Both the position numbers and the translations under genes were made by a program. Below the pieces are notes generated by a model. That model did no database searches and had not been told where the DNA came from. It saw only the letters and a program-made list of their open reading frames with translations. Shown piece after piece: positions 9,648 to 18,206 of a stretch of DNA of 62,350 nucleotides (the first letter of the stretch is position 1; the number at the start of each line of letters is the position of its first letter). Origin of the DNA: a bacterium (GTDB taxonomy: Bacteria; Verrucomicrobiota; Kiritimatiellia; RFP12; UBA1067); NCBI GenBank assembly GCA_025360845.1, contig JANYBJ010000239.1, positions 1 through 62,350 on the forward strand, in the 5' to 3' direction.

Positions 9648-12600
9648 TCACTTGGTGACGAAGCCCGCGTTACACCAGTCCGCATGGTCGCATTCAATCC
9701 CGTTTCCGGCATCGGTGACATGCAGCCTTAACCGCTTGACGCCCTCGGGAATGGCGACATCCACACCGACAGCCATTTCCGGAGACATCACGTCGGATTG
9801 GAACAGCAGGCTCTCGCCCGCAATCGCCTCCGCGGCGGCGGTTCCATCCCGGACATCGACGTAAACCTGAAAGACAACGCTGGGTTGCCTGTAATTCCGC
9901 ATGCAGTCGTCAACTCCGACGTACGCGACAAACCGTTTATAATCCGGTTTGACTTCGTAGACCAGGTCCGATGCCGCATGCACGCCCATGCCTTTTTGGA
10001 ACTTTGTCCCCAGCATCGAGAGCGGAGTCTTATTCCAAGCCAGATCGTTCTGGGCTATCGTGCCTGGAACGCCCACAGTCGCCTTGAGAGCCTTCAAATC
10101 CGAAAGATAAATATCGGGAAGCTGCGGGGCCGGCAAACCCGCACGGAAAGTGGCCGCCGACACGCCGCTTGCCTCACCGTTCAGGTAGACTCTGGCCCGG
10201 ACCATCCCCTGCTGGTTCAGTTTAAGCGGTTCTGAATAGCGGAGAGACGTTTCAGTCGGCACCGATCCGTCCAGCGTGTAACGCACCGTGGCGTTCGTCA
10301 TCCAGCCCGGCGCCCGGATCTCGACCGTCTTCTCGTTGAAGATCATGCCCTTGTCAGGGATGATGGCCGGGCTCGGCGGCAAGCACCTCACCCATTCGTT
10401 TTCAAACACGCCCTGCGGAATCAGCCGCCCTTCAGGGTCACACACCTTGAACTGAACATGCGCTGTTTCTTTCAATGACACCGGAGCCTTGAGTTCCTCG
10501 AAGTCCGTCCAAACGCCCTTTACTTTTTCTCGCTTGTAGATTTTGGCCGAGGTAAGCGCGCTCTCGACTTTCAGCGTCGCCTCTTTCAAAAAAGCTTTGG
10601 AGGCTGGCGACACCTTCGTATGGACGATGCGCACCATGGCGCAACCGTGTTTCAACGGCACGCTCACTTCCTCACCCGCTTTCAAAGGCTGCTCCCGCAG
10701 CGGCTTCCACTCGGCGTCCCCCACGTGAAGCGTCTCAACAAAACGAGCACCCTTCATCACGGTGTTTTGTGAGTTCACCGTAAGCCGGGCCTCCTGGTTT
10801 TGTCCCCCCAGCATGAGCGCAATGAGCAAGCCCCCGGGAACCTCGAAACAGTTGCCTTTCGCGCCCTTCACCTCGATCGGGAACGCCTCCAGATTCCACT
10901 TGCGGAACCGGAGGGCTTCAAACAGCAGACCGTAGTCGAGATACAACTGGTCTGCCTCGGCGTTCCCCGGCTTGATCGTATGATTGTTATAGGGCATCGG
11001 CGCGGTCATGTACGCGCCGAGGTAGAGATAACGCTGAAAGAAGTCGTGAAGGGGCACGTTTGAAGGAAGTCCCCAAGTCCAGCCCACATACGGCTTGTCC
11101 AGCGCCATGAAAGAACAAACCGAGATGCTGTGGCAATCCGACTGTCCGAACTCGTCATAAAAACCGTCGATGTTTTCGTAGAGATCCAAACGGCGATAGA
11201 GGGGATTACAGTAGATGACCTTCTCCTTCTCATGAAACAGGGGGCCGATCTTGCTCATGTATTCAACCCATCCCAAGGCCAGCGAGCCGCAGGCGGCACC
11301 CGTAACCCACGAGAGCCCGTCATCCCGTTTCCAGTTGAAGAAACGGAGATAATCGGTCCGGTCAAAGCAGACGCCGGAACTCTCCGGCAGGGCGTCCAGA
11401 TGCTTCTTGGCTTGTGCGATCAGATGGTTCTGAAAGGAGGGCACCCCGATATCCATGAGCACGCCCCGCTCCCACGCCCTGTACGGCTCGGCCTGGTCCT
11501 TCGGGAAAAGAACCGCGTCGCGCAGCTTATAAAAGACAAAGTCGTTGGCGTCTTTCCACAGGTCCTCGTCGCGGGCCGCCTTCCGCGCGGGAGGCGTCGC
11601 AAAGCTCTGGATCTTCAGGCCCAGCTCGGCCGGATTCATGTAGTTCATGACATGAAGGCCACACTCCCTCATCCTCTTGGAGTAGTTCGCCAGATTACGC
11701 AGTGACGTTGGATAAGGAGGAGCCTCCGCTCCCTCAAACCGGGCATTCGTCCACGCGTAGTCGAGATCGTTGGTGTAGGGAAGGAACATTCCCATGTAGA
11801 CATAGTCGTAGCTGGCCTTCCAGTTGAATTGCAGACCGGAGCGCAGCAGCTGATAGGCATCAACCTCCCCCTCGTATTCGGAGTAGGCCCCGTTTCCCGC
11901 GACTAGCCAGGTCGCGTCTGTTTTGGGCGAGAAAAATTGAACGTATCGCTTATGATACCAACCCAGCGCAGGCCTCCAGTCGGTGGCTTGCGAACGCAGG
12001 TACAGCACATATGAAAAGGGCTTCCCTTTTTCGATCCGGTGATTGAAGCGGTTGAACTGGACGGCGCCCGTCGGGTCCACCTGAGCAGACATGCTGATGA
12101 TCGTTCCCTCGAGCCCGTGGGCCACCATGACCGCCCGCTTCGTGTCGGCTTCACCCACCACGAAGAGGGGGACGGAAATCGCGTCACGCTGCTCGTGGGA
12201 CGTGCCGCCGAAATCAAATGTCCTCGAATTCAATTTGGCAAACTGGAGCGGGTCATCCCAGTAGTTGCGCCCGTCTCCGATGAGACTCTTAATCTCCGGA
12301 TCAGAAGCGGCCGTGCCCCAGGTGGTCCAGTAGACAGACGCTGGCGACGTGGGGATAACAACCTTGGACGAAACCTCGCAGGAGAACGGCGCTCCCGCGC
12401 CTTCGACCGTCACCTCCCAACGGATCGCGTCCCCCTCCACGGAAAAACGGTCTCTGACCGCGCAGGAATCTCCACCGCCTTCACGCTTCATCAGCCGCTT
12501 AAACTGCGCAACGCCTGCTTTTGAGAGATCAGACTCGACACCGCCAGCCGTCTTCAAGCCGGACAGGTCACTGAGCCCGGAAAATACGGACTGACCCGCG

Positions 12601-12770
12601 CCGGACTGAAAAGTCGCCTGCCCTTGGGCGTCCATTTGAAGGACCAGGTCGCCTGACCGCAGCGTCAGCGTTGCCACGGAGGCTTGCTTAACCGGTTCGG
12701 CGGCGCCCGCTGCGAAGAGCACGCCGAACAGGACCATCGTTATGACAGGTGAAAACCGCTTGATCATCAA
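9648..12770 (-). CDS. Secreted putative glycoside hydrolase with Fn3-associated and NPCBM/NEW2 C-terminal domains
   Basis: Signal peptide; VRYTLDGSVPTETS.RY (Fn3-associated); YLSDL...KGMGVHA.S.L.Y...F.A.VGVDD...DHADWCNA (NPCBM). The catalytic family was not recognised. Confidence 0.7.
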   Translation of the reverse strand: MMIKRFSPVITMVLFGVLFAAGAAEPVKQASVATLTLRSGDLVLQMDAQGQATFQSGAGQSVFSGLSDLSGLKTAGGVESDLSKAGVAQFKRLMKREGGGDSCAVRDRFSVEGDAIRWEVTVEGAGAPFSCEVSSKVVIPTSPASVYWTTWGTAASDPEIKSLIGDGRNYWDDPLQFAKLNSRTFDFGGTSHEQRDAISVPLFVVGEADTKRAVMVAHGLEGTIISMSAQVDPTGAVQFNRFNHRIEKGKPFSYVLYLRSQATDWRPALGWYHKRYVQFFSPKTDATWLVAGNGAYSEYEGEVDAYQLLRSGLQFNWKASYDYVYMGMFLPYTNDLDYAWTNARFEGAEAPPYPTSLRNLANYSKRMRECGLHVMNYMNPAELGLKIQSFATPPARKAARDEDLWKDANDFVFYKLRDAVLFPKDQAEPYRAWERGVLMDIGVPSFQNHLIAQAKKHLDALPESSGVCFDRTDYLRFFNWKRDDGLSWVTGAACGSLALGWVEYMSKIGPLFHEKEKVIYCNPLYRRLDLYENIDGFYDEFGQSDCHSISVCSFMALDKPYVGWTWGLPSNVPLHDFFQRYLYLGAYMTAPMPYNNHTIKPGNAEADQLYLDYGLLFEALRFRKWNLEAFPIEVKGAKGNCFEVPGGLLIALMLGGQNQEARLTVNSQNTVMKGARFVETLHVGDAEWKPLREQPLKAGEEVSVPLKHGCAMVRIVHTKVSPASKAFLKEATLKVESALTSAKIYKREKVKGVWTDFEELKAPVSLKETAHVQFKVCDPEGRLIPQGVFENEWVRCLPPSPAIIPDKGMIFNEKTVEIRAPGWMTNATVRYTLDGSVPTETSLRYSEPLKLNQQGMVRARVYLNGEASGVSAATFRAGLPAPQLPDIYLSDLKALKATVGVPGTIAQNDLAWNKTPLSMLGTKFQKGMGVHAASDLVYEVKPDYKRFVAYVGVDDCMRNYRQPSVVFQVYVDVRDGTAAAEAIAGESLLFQSDVMSPEMAVGVDVAIPEGVKRLRLHVTDAGNGIECDHADWCNAGFVTK

Positions 12771-12795
12771 CTACGCTCCAATCTATGAAGTGCCG

Positions 12796-13860
12796 CTACC
12801 ATTTCTCCAACCGTTTCAGGATGTCCGGCTGTACGGCTTCCGGCGCAGCTAGACACACGTACAAACCCTCTGGTTCCATCTCGGCAATGAACGGCTCCAA
12901 CTCGGCGAGCTGGAGATCCACGACAACGCCCTTGCCCGCGGCCTGTATCCGCTTGATCACCGGCAGCCACTGCATGATCGGCAGATCGTCGCCCACCCCC
13001 TGCACGAACTGAACAGCGTGTATCTCCGGCAGCGCCAGAATACTGTCCAAGTGCCGGATCATGCCTTTGCCGTCGAGATGGAACACAGTGTGGGTCATGT
13101 GCCGGACTTCCGCCTTCAGCGAAGGCAGATAAAACGCATCAAAATCCTCTGTCGACAGCATGGAGGTAAAATCGCAACTTGGGATATGCATCTTTCCCCG
13201 GCTCGGTATGCACATCCATGTGACCGAAAGCTGCCCGTGCTTTTTAAGGACAGCGTCGTACTGATCAAACACGGAGAGAAAACTCTTATCCGCCAAGGCG
13301 ACGGCCTCATGAACCTTTTCAGGGCAATCAAGCAGATCCATGCAAAGCACCTGCGGGTCACGCCAGTCCGCCACACAGTCGAGGCTGCCGTGCAGGTCCG
13401 TGTACCCGACCATGAAGCGTCCCTCGCATTTGTCAAGCGCGAGGCGGGTCAGCTCCCCGATCTTTTTGAAGTAGGCGTTCTCGGCGCAGAAGGCCAGCCT
13501 GTTCAAATCGTCCCAGTCGTGGATGCAATGCCGGACCCACGAGGTCACTTCGCCGAAGTCCAGCTCCGCGCCATGAAAGGCCGCAAAAACGTTAGGTCCG
13601 AGATTTGGGGAAAACACCGGGAAGGTCTCGCCGTAAAACCGCCGTCCCTCGATGGAGGCGGCGAATTGGTCCACCTGATGCTCGGCGTCGAACCAGCGCT
13701 CTTTGAGGCTCTGCCATCTTCCGTCTGCACCGGGGCCTTGGCTATACTCCGCGTTGTGGAGGGCAAACCTCACGGGCGGACGGTCAAGCATCTCCTGGCT
13801 GAACCAGGCCTCCACACGCGCCATCGCCCGCTCGAAATCCGGTTTGTTAATGAGTTCCAT
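12796..13860 (-). CDS. UroD/MetE-fold (uroporphyrinogen decarboxylase family) protein
   Basis: Likely start MELINKPDFE at 13860, overlapping the transporter stop. Motifs VGYTDLHGSLD, SCDFTSMLS.E.F..FYLP and VFHLDG. Confidence 0.7.
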   Translation of the reverse strand: MELINKPDFERAMARVEAWFSQEMLDRPPVRFALHNAEYSQGPGADGRWQSLKERWFDAEHQVDQFAASIEGRRFYGETFPVFSPNLGPNVFAAFHGAELDFGEVTSWVRHCIHDWDDLNRLAFCAENAYFKKIGELTRLALDKCEGRFMVGYTDLHGSLDCVADWRDPQVLCMDLLDCPEKVHEAVALADKSFLSVFDQYDAVLKKHGQLSVTWMCIPSRGKMHIPSCDFTSMLSTEDFDAFYLPSLKAEVRHMTHTVFHLDGKGMIRHLDSILALPEIHAVQFVQGVGDDLPIMQWLPVIKRIQAAGKGVVVDLQLAELEPFIAEMEPEGLYVCLAAPEAVQPDILKRLEKW

Positions 13861-15232
13861 AGCAATGCTCTTCCGCTCCCTCGTTCTCCGGCAAGCCGAC
13901 CAACTGGATCTCGATCTCCTCCAGCGACTTCCCTTTTGTCTCGGGGATGTATTTCCAGACAAAGACCAGAATGACAAAACAGATGACCGCATAGGCGCCG
14001 AAGGCTGAGGTGATCCCGAACCTGGCCTCGATCATCGGGAACGTCTGCAGGAGAATATAGTTCGCAGCCCACAGGCAGAGGTTCGCGATAGACATGGCTA
14101 CCCCGCGGATGCGGTTGGGAAAGATCTCGGAAAGAATGACCCAGGTCAGGCAGGCGATTGAACTGCAATAGGCCGCGATGTAGGCAAGCACGGCGATCAG
14201 AACCGGCAGTCCGGTGGCATGAACATGGAAAAGCCAAGTCAATGCGCACATGACAACCGCCATCACAGACACGCCGGTTATCAGCAGCGGCCGTCGCCCG
14301 ACCCTCTCAACCAGCAGGATCGGAATGAAGGTGCAGATGAAGTTGATCAGACCGATCAGAGACGTCTGAAAAAGCGAATCGTGTAAGCCTGCGCCGGCCT
14401 GTGAGAAAATCTTTGGAGCATACAGGAACACGGCGTTCGCACCTGATATTTGCGAGAACACTCCCAATAAGGAGCCGATGACCACAATCCTGAGCGTCCG
14501 CGGTTTGAGGATGTCTGACAGCCTGCCTTCGCACACGTGCAGGGTTTGCCCGATCACGGCCATCTCGGCCCTCGCATACGCCTCGCCGTCGATACGCGTC
14601 AGGACACGCAGCGCTTCGGCCTCCCGCCCGCTTTTGACCAGCCAGCGCGGCGTTTCCGGGACAAGGAAGAGCAGCCCGAAAAACAGGCCAGCCGGAACAA
14701 CTCCGGCAATGAACATCCACCTCCAGGCGTCATCGCCTATCCCCAGCAGAAAGTAGTTGGAATAATAGGAGGTCAAAATGCCCACGACGATCGCCAACTG
14801 ATAGAAAGACACGAACCTTCCGCGGAACCTCGTGGGTGCCGTCTCGGCCACGTAGACAGGGGCCACGCCCGACGCGGCCCCGATCGCAAGCCCGCCGAGC
14901 AGACGACACAGGATAAACGCATTGAAGGAACCTGCCCATCCCGCGCCGACGGCGGAGAGGGCGAAGAGAACCGCGGTGACAACGAGGACTTTCTTGCGGC
15001 CAAACACATCGGCCAGTTTGCCGGCAAACCCGGCACCGACGATGCAGGCAAGGATGCAACTGCTGACAGCCCAGCCGAGGCCTGCGCCGCTGAGACTGAA
15101 TACTTTCTCAAGAAACGGCAGCGTCCCCGAAACCACCGTCATGTCAAAACCAAACAGGAACCCGCCGAGAGCCGCTATCAGGCTGATGCCGATGATATAC
15201 AACAGGCTGCCAGATTTTTCAGTAAGATTCAT
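13847..15232 (-). CDS. Sugar porter family MFS transporter (XylE/AraE/GalP-like)
   Basis: ALGGFLFGFD, D.FGRK, PVYVAETAP...RG, PETPRWL, ERVGRR and PETKGKSLEEI sugar-porter signatures. Confidence 0.93.
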   Translation of the reverse strand: MNLTEKSGSLLYIIGISLIAALGGFLFGFDMTVVSGTLPFLEKVFSLSGAGLGWAVSSCILACIVGAGFAGKLADVFGRKKVLVVTAVLFALSAVGAGWAGSFNAFILCRLLGGLAIGAASGVAPVYVAETAPTRFRGRFVSFYQLAIVVGILTSYYSNYFLLGIGDDAWRWMFIAGVVPAGLFFGLLFLVPETPRWLVKSGREAEALRVLTRIDGEAYARAEMAVIGQTLHVCEGRLSDILKPRTLRIVVIGSLLGVFSQISGANAVFLYAPKIFSQAGAGLHDSLFQTSLIGLINFICTFIPILLVERVGRRPLLITGVSVMAVVMCALTWLFHVHATGLPVLIAVLAYIAAYCSSIACLTWVILSEIFPNRIRGVAMSIANLCLWAANYILLQTFPMIEARFGITSAFGAYAVICFVILVFVWKYIPETKGKSLEEIEIQLVGLPENEGAEEHCYGTH

Positions 15233-15351
15233 AGCATTCTCGATCCGTGCTGACAGGATAGCTCATCAAGGATGCCTTTAGCAATGGACACGCTTGCTTT
15301 TTGGTGGATTTTCTTGCTAAAATCATTTGATGGTGTTAACGTAATGAAATT

Positions 15352-16326
15352 ATGAAAGCGACAAAAAAAATCACGCTTCCTTACGAAAAGGCCGGAGAGA
15401 AATGGAAGGAATATACCCGCTCGTACAAAGCGACCGTGCACCATGCTCTGAGTCTTAAGGACCGCGAACAATGGGTTCGGGCGAAAGAACTGTCTGACTT
15501 CAGGATTTTCGCCTGTGGCTGCTACACTCAGGCCTGGGGCCATTTCTGGAAGCGACGTCATCTGGAAGAGGGCGTTTACATCTATTGCGTGGCTGGGAAA
15601 GGTTACTATAAGCAGGGGAACAAAACGTGGAGCATCAGGCCGGGCGAACTTCTCTATTGCCAGCCCGGCACGCAACACGAATACGGGGCCGACGCCGCTG
15701 ACCCGTGGACCCTTTACTGGCTGCACGTCTCCGGACGGCGGAGCGGCGTGTTTGAAGAGCATCTGGGGTTGACGCGAGCGAGCCCTGTCATCCAAGTCGG
15801 AATTGTTCCAGATATCGTCGAACTGTTCATGCTGCTGTTCTCCTTGTTCACCACAGCAAGCAACAACACGAACAAGCTTGCCATCCAGTCCTGTGCCGCC
15901 GCGACTCTCAGCGCGATGGCTGTCGCAGCTCAGTCAAGCCGTGCGGCTCAAGACTATACGCAGGAGGTCACCGCCGCTTTAAAGTTCATGGAAGACTCGG
16001 TTTCCTTGCCTTTGGACGTTGCGGCAATGGCCCGTCACGCCGGCGTTTCCACGTTTCACTTCTGCCGTATTTTTAAGAAGGCCACCGGCCAGTCTCCCAT
16101 GAAGCATTTTAACCATCTCAAGGTTCGCAGGGCCTGCGGCCTTCTTGCAGGCTCGCCACTGAAAATCAAAGAGATCGCCTTTCAGCTTGGGTTTGAGGAC
16201 ACGCACTACTTTTCCAGGTTCTTCAAAAAAATCATGGGGTTCCCCCCTGAACAATATAGGCCACAAACAATCCCGAAGCCCCCAAGTAGTTTAGGGGGAC
16301 GGGGTCGGGACATGCGGTTGCGCTGA
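15352..16326 (+). CDS. AraC family transcriptional regulator
   Basis: Cupin ligand domain (IYCVAGKGYY, HEYGAD..DPWTLYWLH) plus double HTH (IKEIAFQLGFEDTHYFSRFFKK). Divergent from the transporter. Confidence 0.93.
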   Translation: MKATKKITLPYEKAGEKWKEYTRSYKATVHHALSLKDREQWVRAKELSDFRIFACGCYTQAWGHFWKRRHLEEGVYIYCVAGKGYYKQGNKTWSIRPGELLYCQPGTQHEYGADAADPWTLYWLHVSGRRSGVFEEHLGLTRASPVIQVGIVPDIVELFMLLFSLFTTASNNTNKLAIQSCAAATLSAMAVAAQSSRAAQDYTQEVTAALKFMEDSVSLPLDVAAMARHAGVSTFHFCRIFKKATGQSPMKHFNHLKVRRACGLLAGSPLKIKEIAFQLGFEDTHYFSRFFKKIMGFPPEQYRPQTIPKPPSSLGGRGRDMRLR

Positions 16327-16457
16327 GAAAGCCGGCGGGCGTTGCAAAAATCAGAGATGCCTTCCCCACAGCCGCCACACGCACAGGCCTGCCGCCAGGC
16401 AAACCAAGCCCGGACGGGCACCTTCGAATATTCCGGTGCCGGGCCTTTAGCTTGCGG

Positions 16458-16486
16458 TTGACACCACACCTGTTTTTCACTAACGT
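16458..16486 (+). promoter_or_regulatory. Sigma70-type promoter TTGACA-N17-TAACGT
   Basis: TTGACA 16458-16463, 17-nt spacer, TAACGT 16481-16486; 30 nt upstream of the ATG at 16516. Confidence 0.6.
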
Positions 16487-16515
16487 TCAAAGCAAACAAC
16501 CCTTTTCGTCAAGTC

Positions 16516-18066
16516 ATGTTTCAGACACATATCCCAGTTGATTACTTGCGGGACGAATCGCGCACATCCGGCACGGCGGTGGCCATCACCTTCCCGCAGA
16601 CCGTTGCCGAACTGGCCGACAGCCTGCGCGAGGCTGCCGTGCGGGAACTGCCGGTTACCGTTCAAGGCGCGCGCACAGGCATCTCGGCCGGGTCTGTTCC
16701 CGATGGCGGCGTGATCGTCAGCCTGACGAAAATGGATCGCCTCCTCGGCACACGCACCGGAAGTGACGGCTCCTGTTTCATCCGCGTCCAACCCGGCCTG
16801 CCGCTCGCCGCCCTCCGCCGCCATCTCTCCTCCGACCTCCGGCCTCCGACCTCTGGCCTCTTCTTCCCCCCCGACCCAACCGAATCCTCGGCCAGTGTGG
16901 GCGGCATGGCAGCCTGCAACGCCTCGGGCGCGTGCTCCTTCGCTTACGGCCCCACGCGCGACCACATTGAAGGCCTGACCGTGGTGCTCGCCGACGGCGA
17001 CACGCTCACGCTTCGGCGCGGACAGGCGCGTGCGGAAGGACTCCGTTTCTCGCTGGTCACCGACAGCGGCCGCCTACTCACGGGCCTGCTGCCAGACTAC
17101 CGGATGCCCCGGGTCAAGAACGCGGCCGGATACTGGGTCAAGCCAGACATGGATCTTCTCGACCTGTTTATCGGCAGCGAGGGCACTCTGGGCGTCATCG
17201 CGGAACTCGAGTTGCGGTTGCGCAAGAAACCAGCAGCGACGCTGGGCGTCCTCTGCTATCTCGCCGACGAAGCGCGCGCCTTGACGCTTGTGGAAAGGCT
17301 GCGTGCCGAGGCCCCGTCCTGCACGCCCCACCTTCTCGCCGCGCTCGAGTATTTCGACGAAGGCTCCCTGCGCCTGATCCGCTCCGGCGCGCCTCAGTCG
17401 GGGTTGTTGCTGCCTCCCGCCCGACCGCACTGGAACGTCGCGCTCTACGTCGAATGTGCCCTTCAGCCGGACAACGCGGACAAGCCGCTGAGCCTGCTGT
17501 GTTCGCTGCTTGACGTGTGCGGCGGTCAGGCCGACGACACCTGGGTGGCGACTGACGCGCCGGCTCTGGAAAAAATGCGGGGCTTCCGCCACGCGGTGCC
17601 GGAACAAGTGAACGCGACCATCGCCGAGCGCAAACTCAGAAACCCGCAGCTCACCAAACTCGGCACCGACCTCTCGGTGCCGGACGACCGGCTGAGGTCC
17701 GTCATGCGGTTTTATCGTGCGGATCTGGAGGCCACCCGGTTGGAGCACGTGATTTTCGGTCATATCGGCAACAACCATGTCCACGTCAACATCCTGCCCC
17801 GCGACATGGACGAGTACGCCGCAGGCAAGCTCCTTTACCGGAAATGGGCCGAACAGGTGGTCGCCTGGGGAGGCAGCATCTCGGCCGAACACGGCGTCGG
17901 CAGACTCAAGAAAGAGCTGCTCGCCATCCTGTATGGACCGGAAGGCATCGTTTCCATGCGCCGCCTGAAAGCCCTTTTCGACCCCGCCTGCCGGCTCAAT
18001 CCCGACCGCTTGTTCCAAGCGGAACCGTCCGCCGAGTGTATACACGACCACACAATCCGGACCTGA
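16516..18066 (+). CDS. FAD-binding oxidoreductase (GlcD / D-lactate dehydrogenase family)
   Basis: FPPDPT..SA.VGGM.A.NASG, KNAAGY, DLFIGSEGTLGVI, FGHIGNNHVHVN and SAEHGVG. Confidence 0.88.
   Translation: MFQTHIPVDYLRDESRTSGTAVAITFPQTVAELADSLREAAVRELPVTVQGARTGISAGSVPDGGVIVSLTKMDRLLGTRTGSDGSCFIRVQPGLPLAALRRHLSSDLRPPTSGLFFPPDPTESSASVGGMAACNASGACSFAYGPTRDHIEGLTVVLADGDTLTLRRGQARAEGLRFSLVTDSGRLLTGLLPDYRMPRVKNAAGYWVKPDMDLLDLFIGSEGTLGVIAELELRLRKKPAATLGVLCYLADEARALTLVERLRAEAPSCTPHLLAALEYFDEGSLRLIRSGAPQSGLLLPPARPHWNVALYVECALQPDNADKPLSLLCSLLDVCGGQADDTWVATDAPALEKMRGFRHAVPEQVNATIAERKLRNPQLTKLGTDLSVPDDRLRSVMRFYRADLEATRLEHVIFGHIGNNHVHVNILPRDMDEYAAGKLLYRKWAEQVVAWGGSISAEHGVGRLKKELLAILYGPEGIVSMRRLKALFDPACRLNPDRLFQAEPSAECIHDHTIRT
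16830..16857 (+). repeat. Four tandem heptamers within the CDS (CTCCGAC CTCCGGC CTCCGAC CTCTGGC)
   Basis: Read directly from the sequence; encodes part of SSDLRPPTSG. Confidence 0.7.
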
Positions 18067-18206
18067 CAGCCGAACGCTGGAACACACCCCCGGCACAATT
18101 ATCGGTAACCGCGCAATAACCGATCCTGTCTGCCGTTCTTACGCAAGTGAAACCACAACCAAATACCCTCTTATCCTTAGGCACAAAACCTGCTATTCTA
18201 ACGCGC

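Noticed and set aside
12796-13860. hemE gene symbol for either UroD-family protein (also 57069..58082)
   Set aside because: The RQAGR motif is absent and there are no haem-pathway neighbours.
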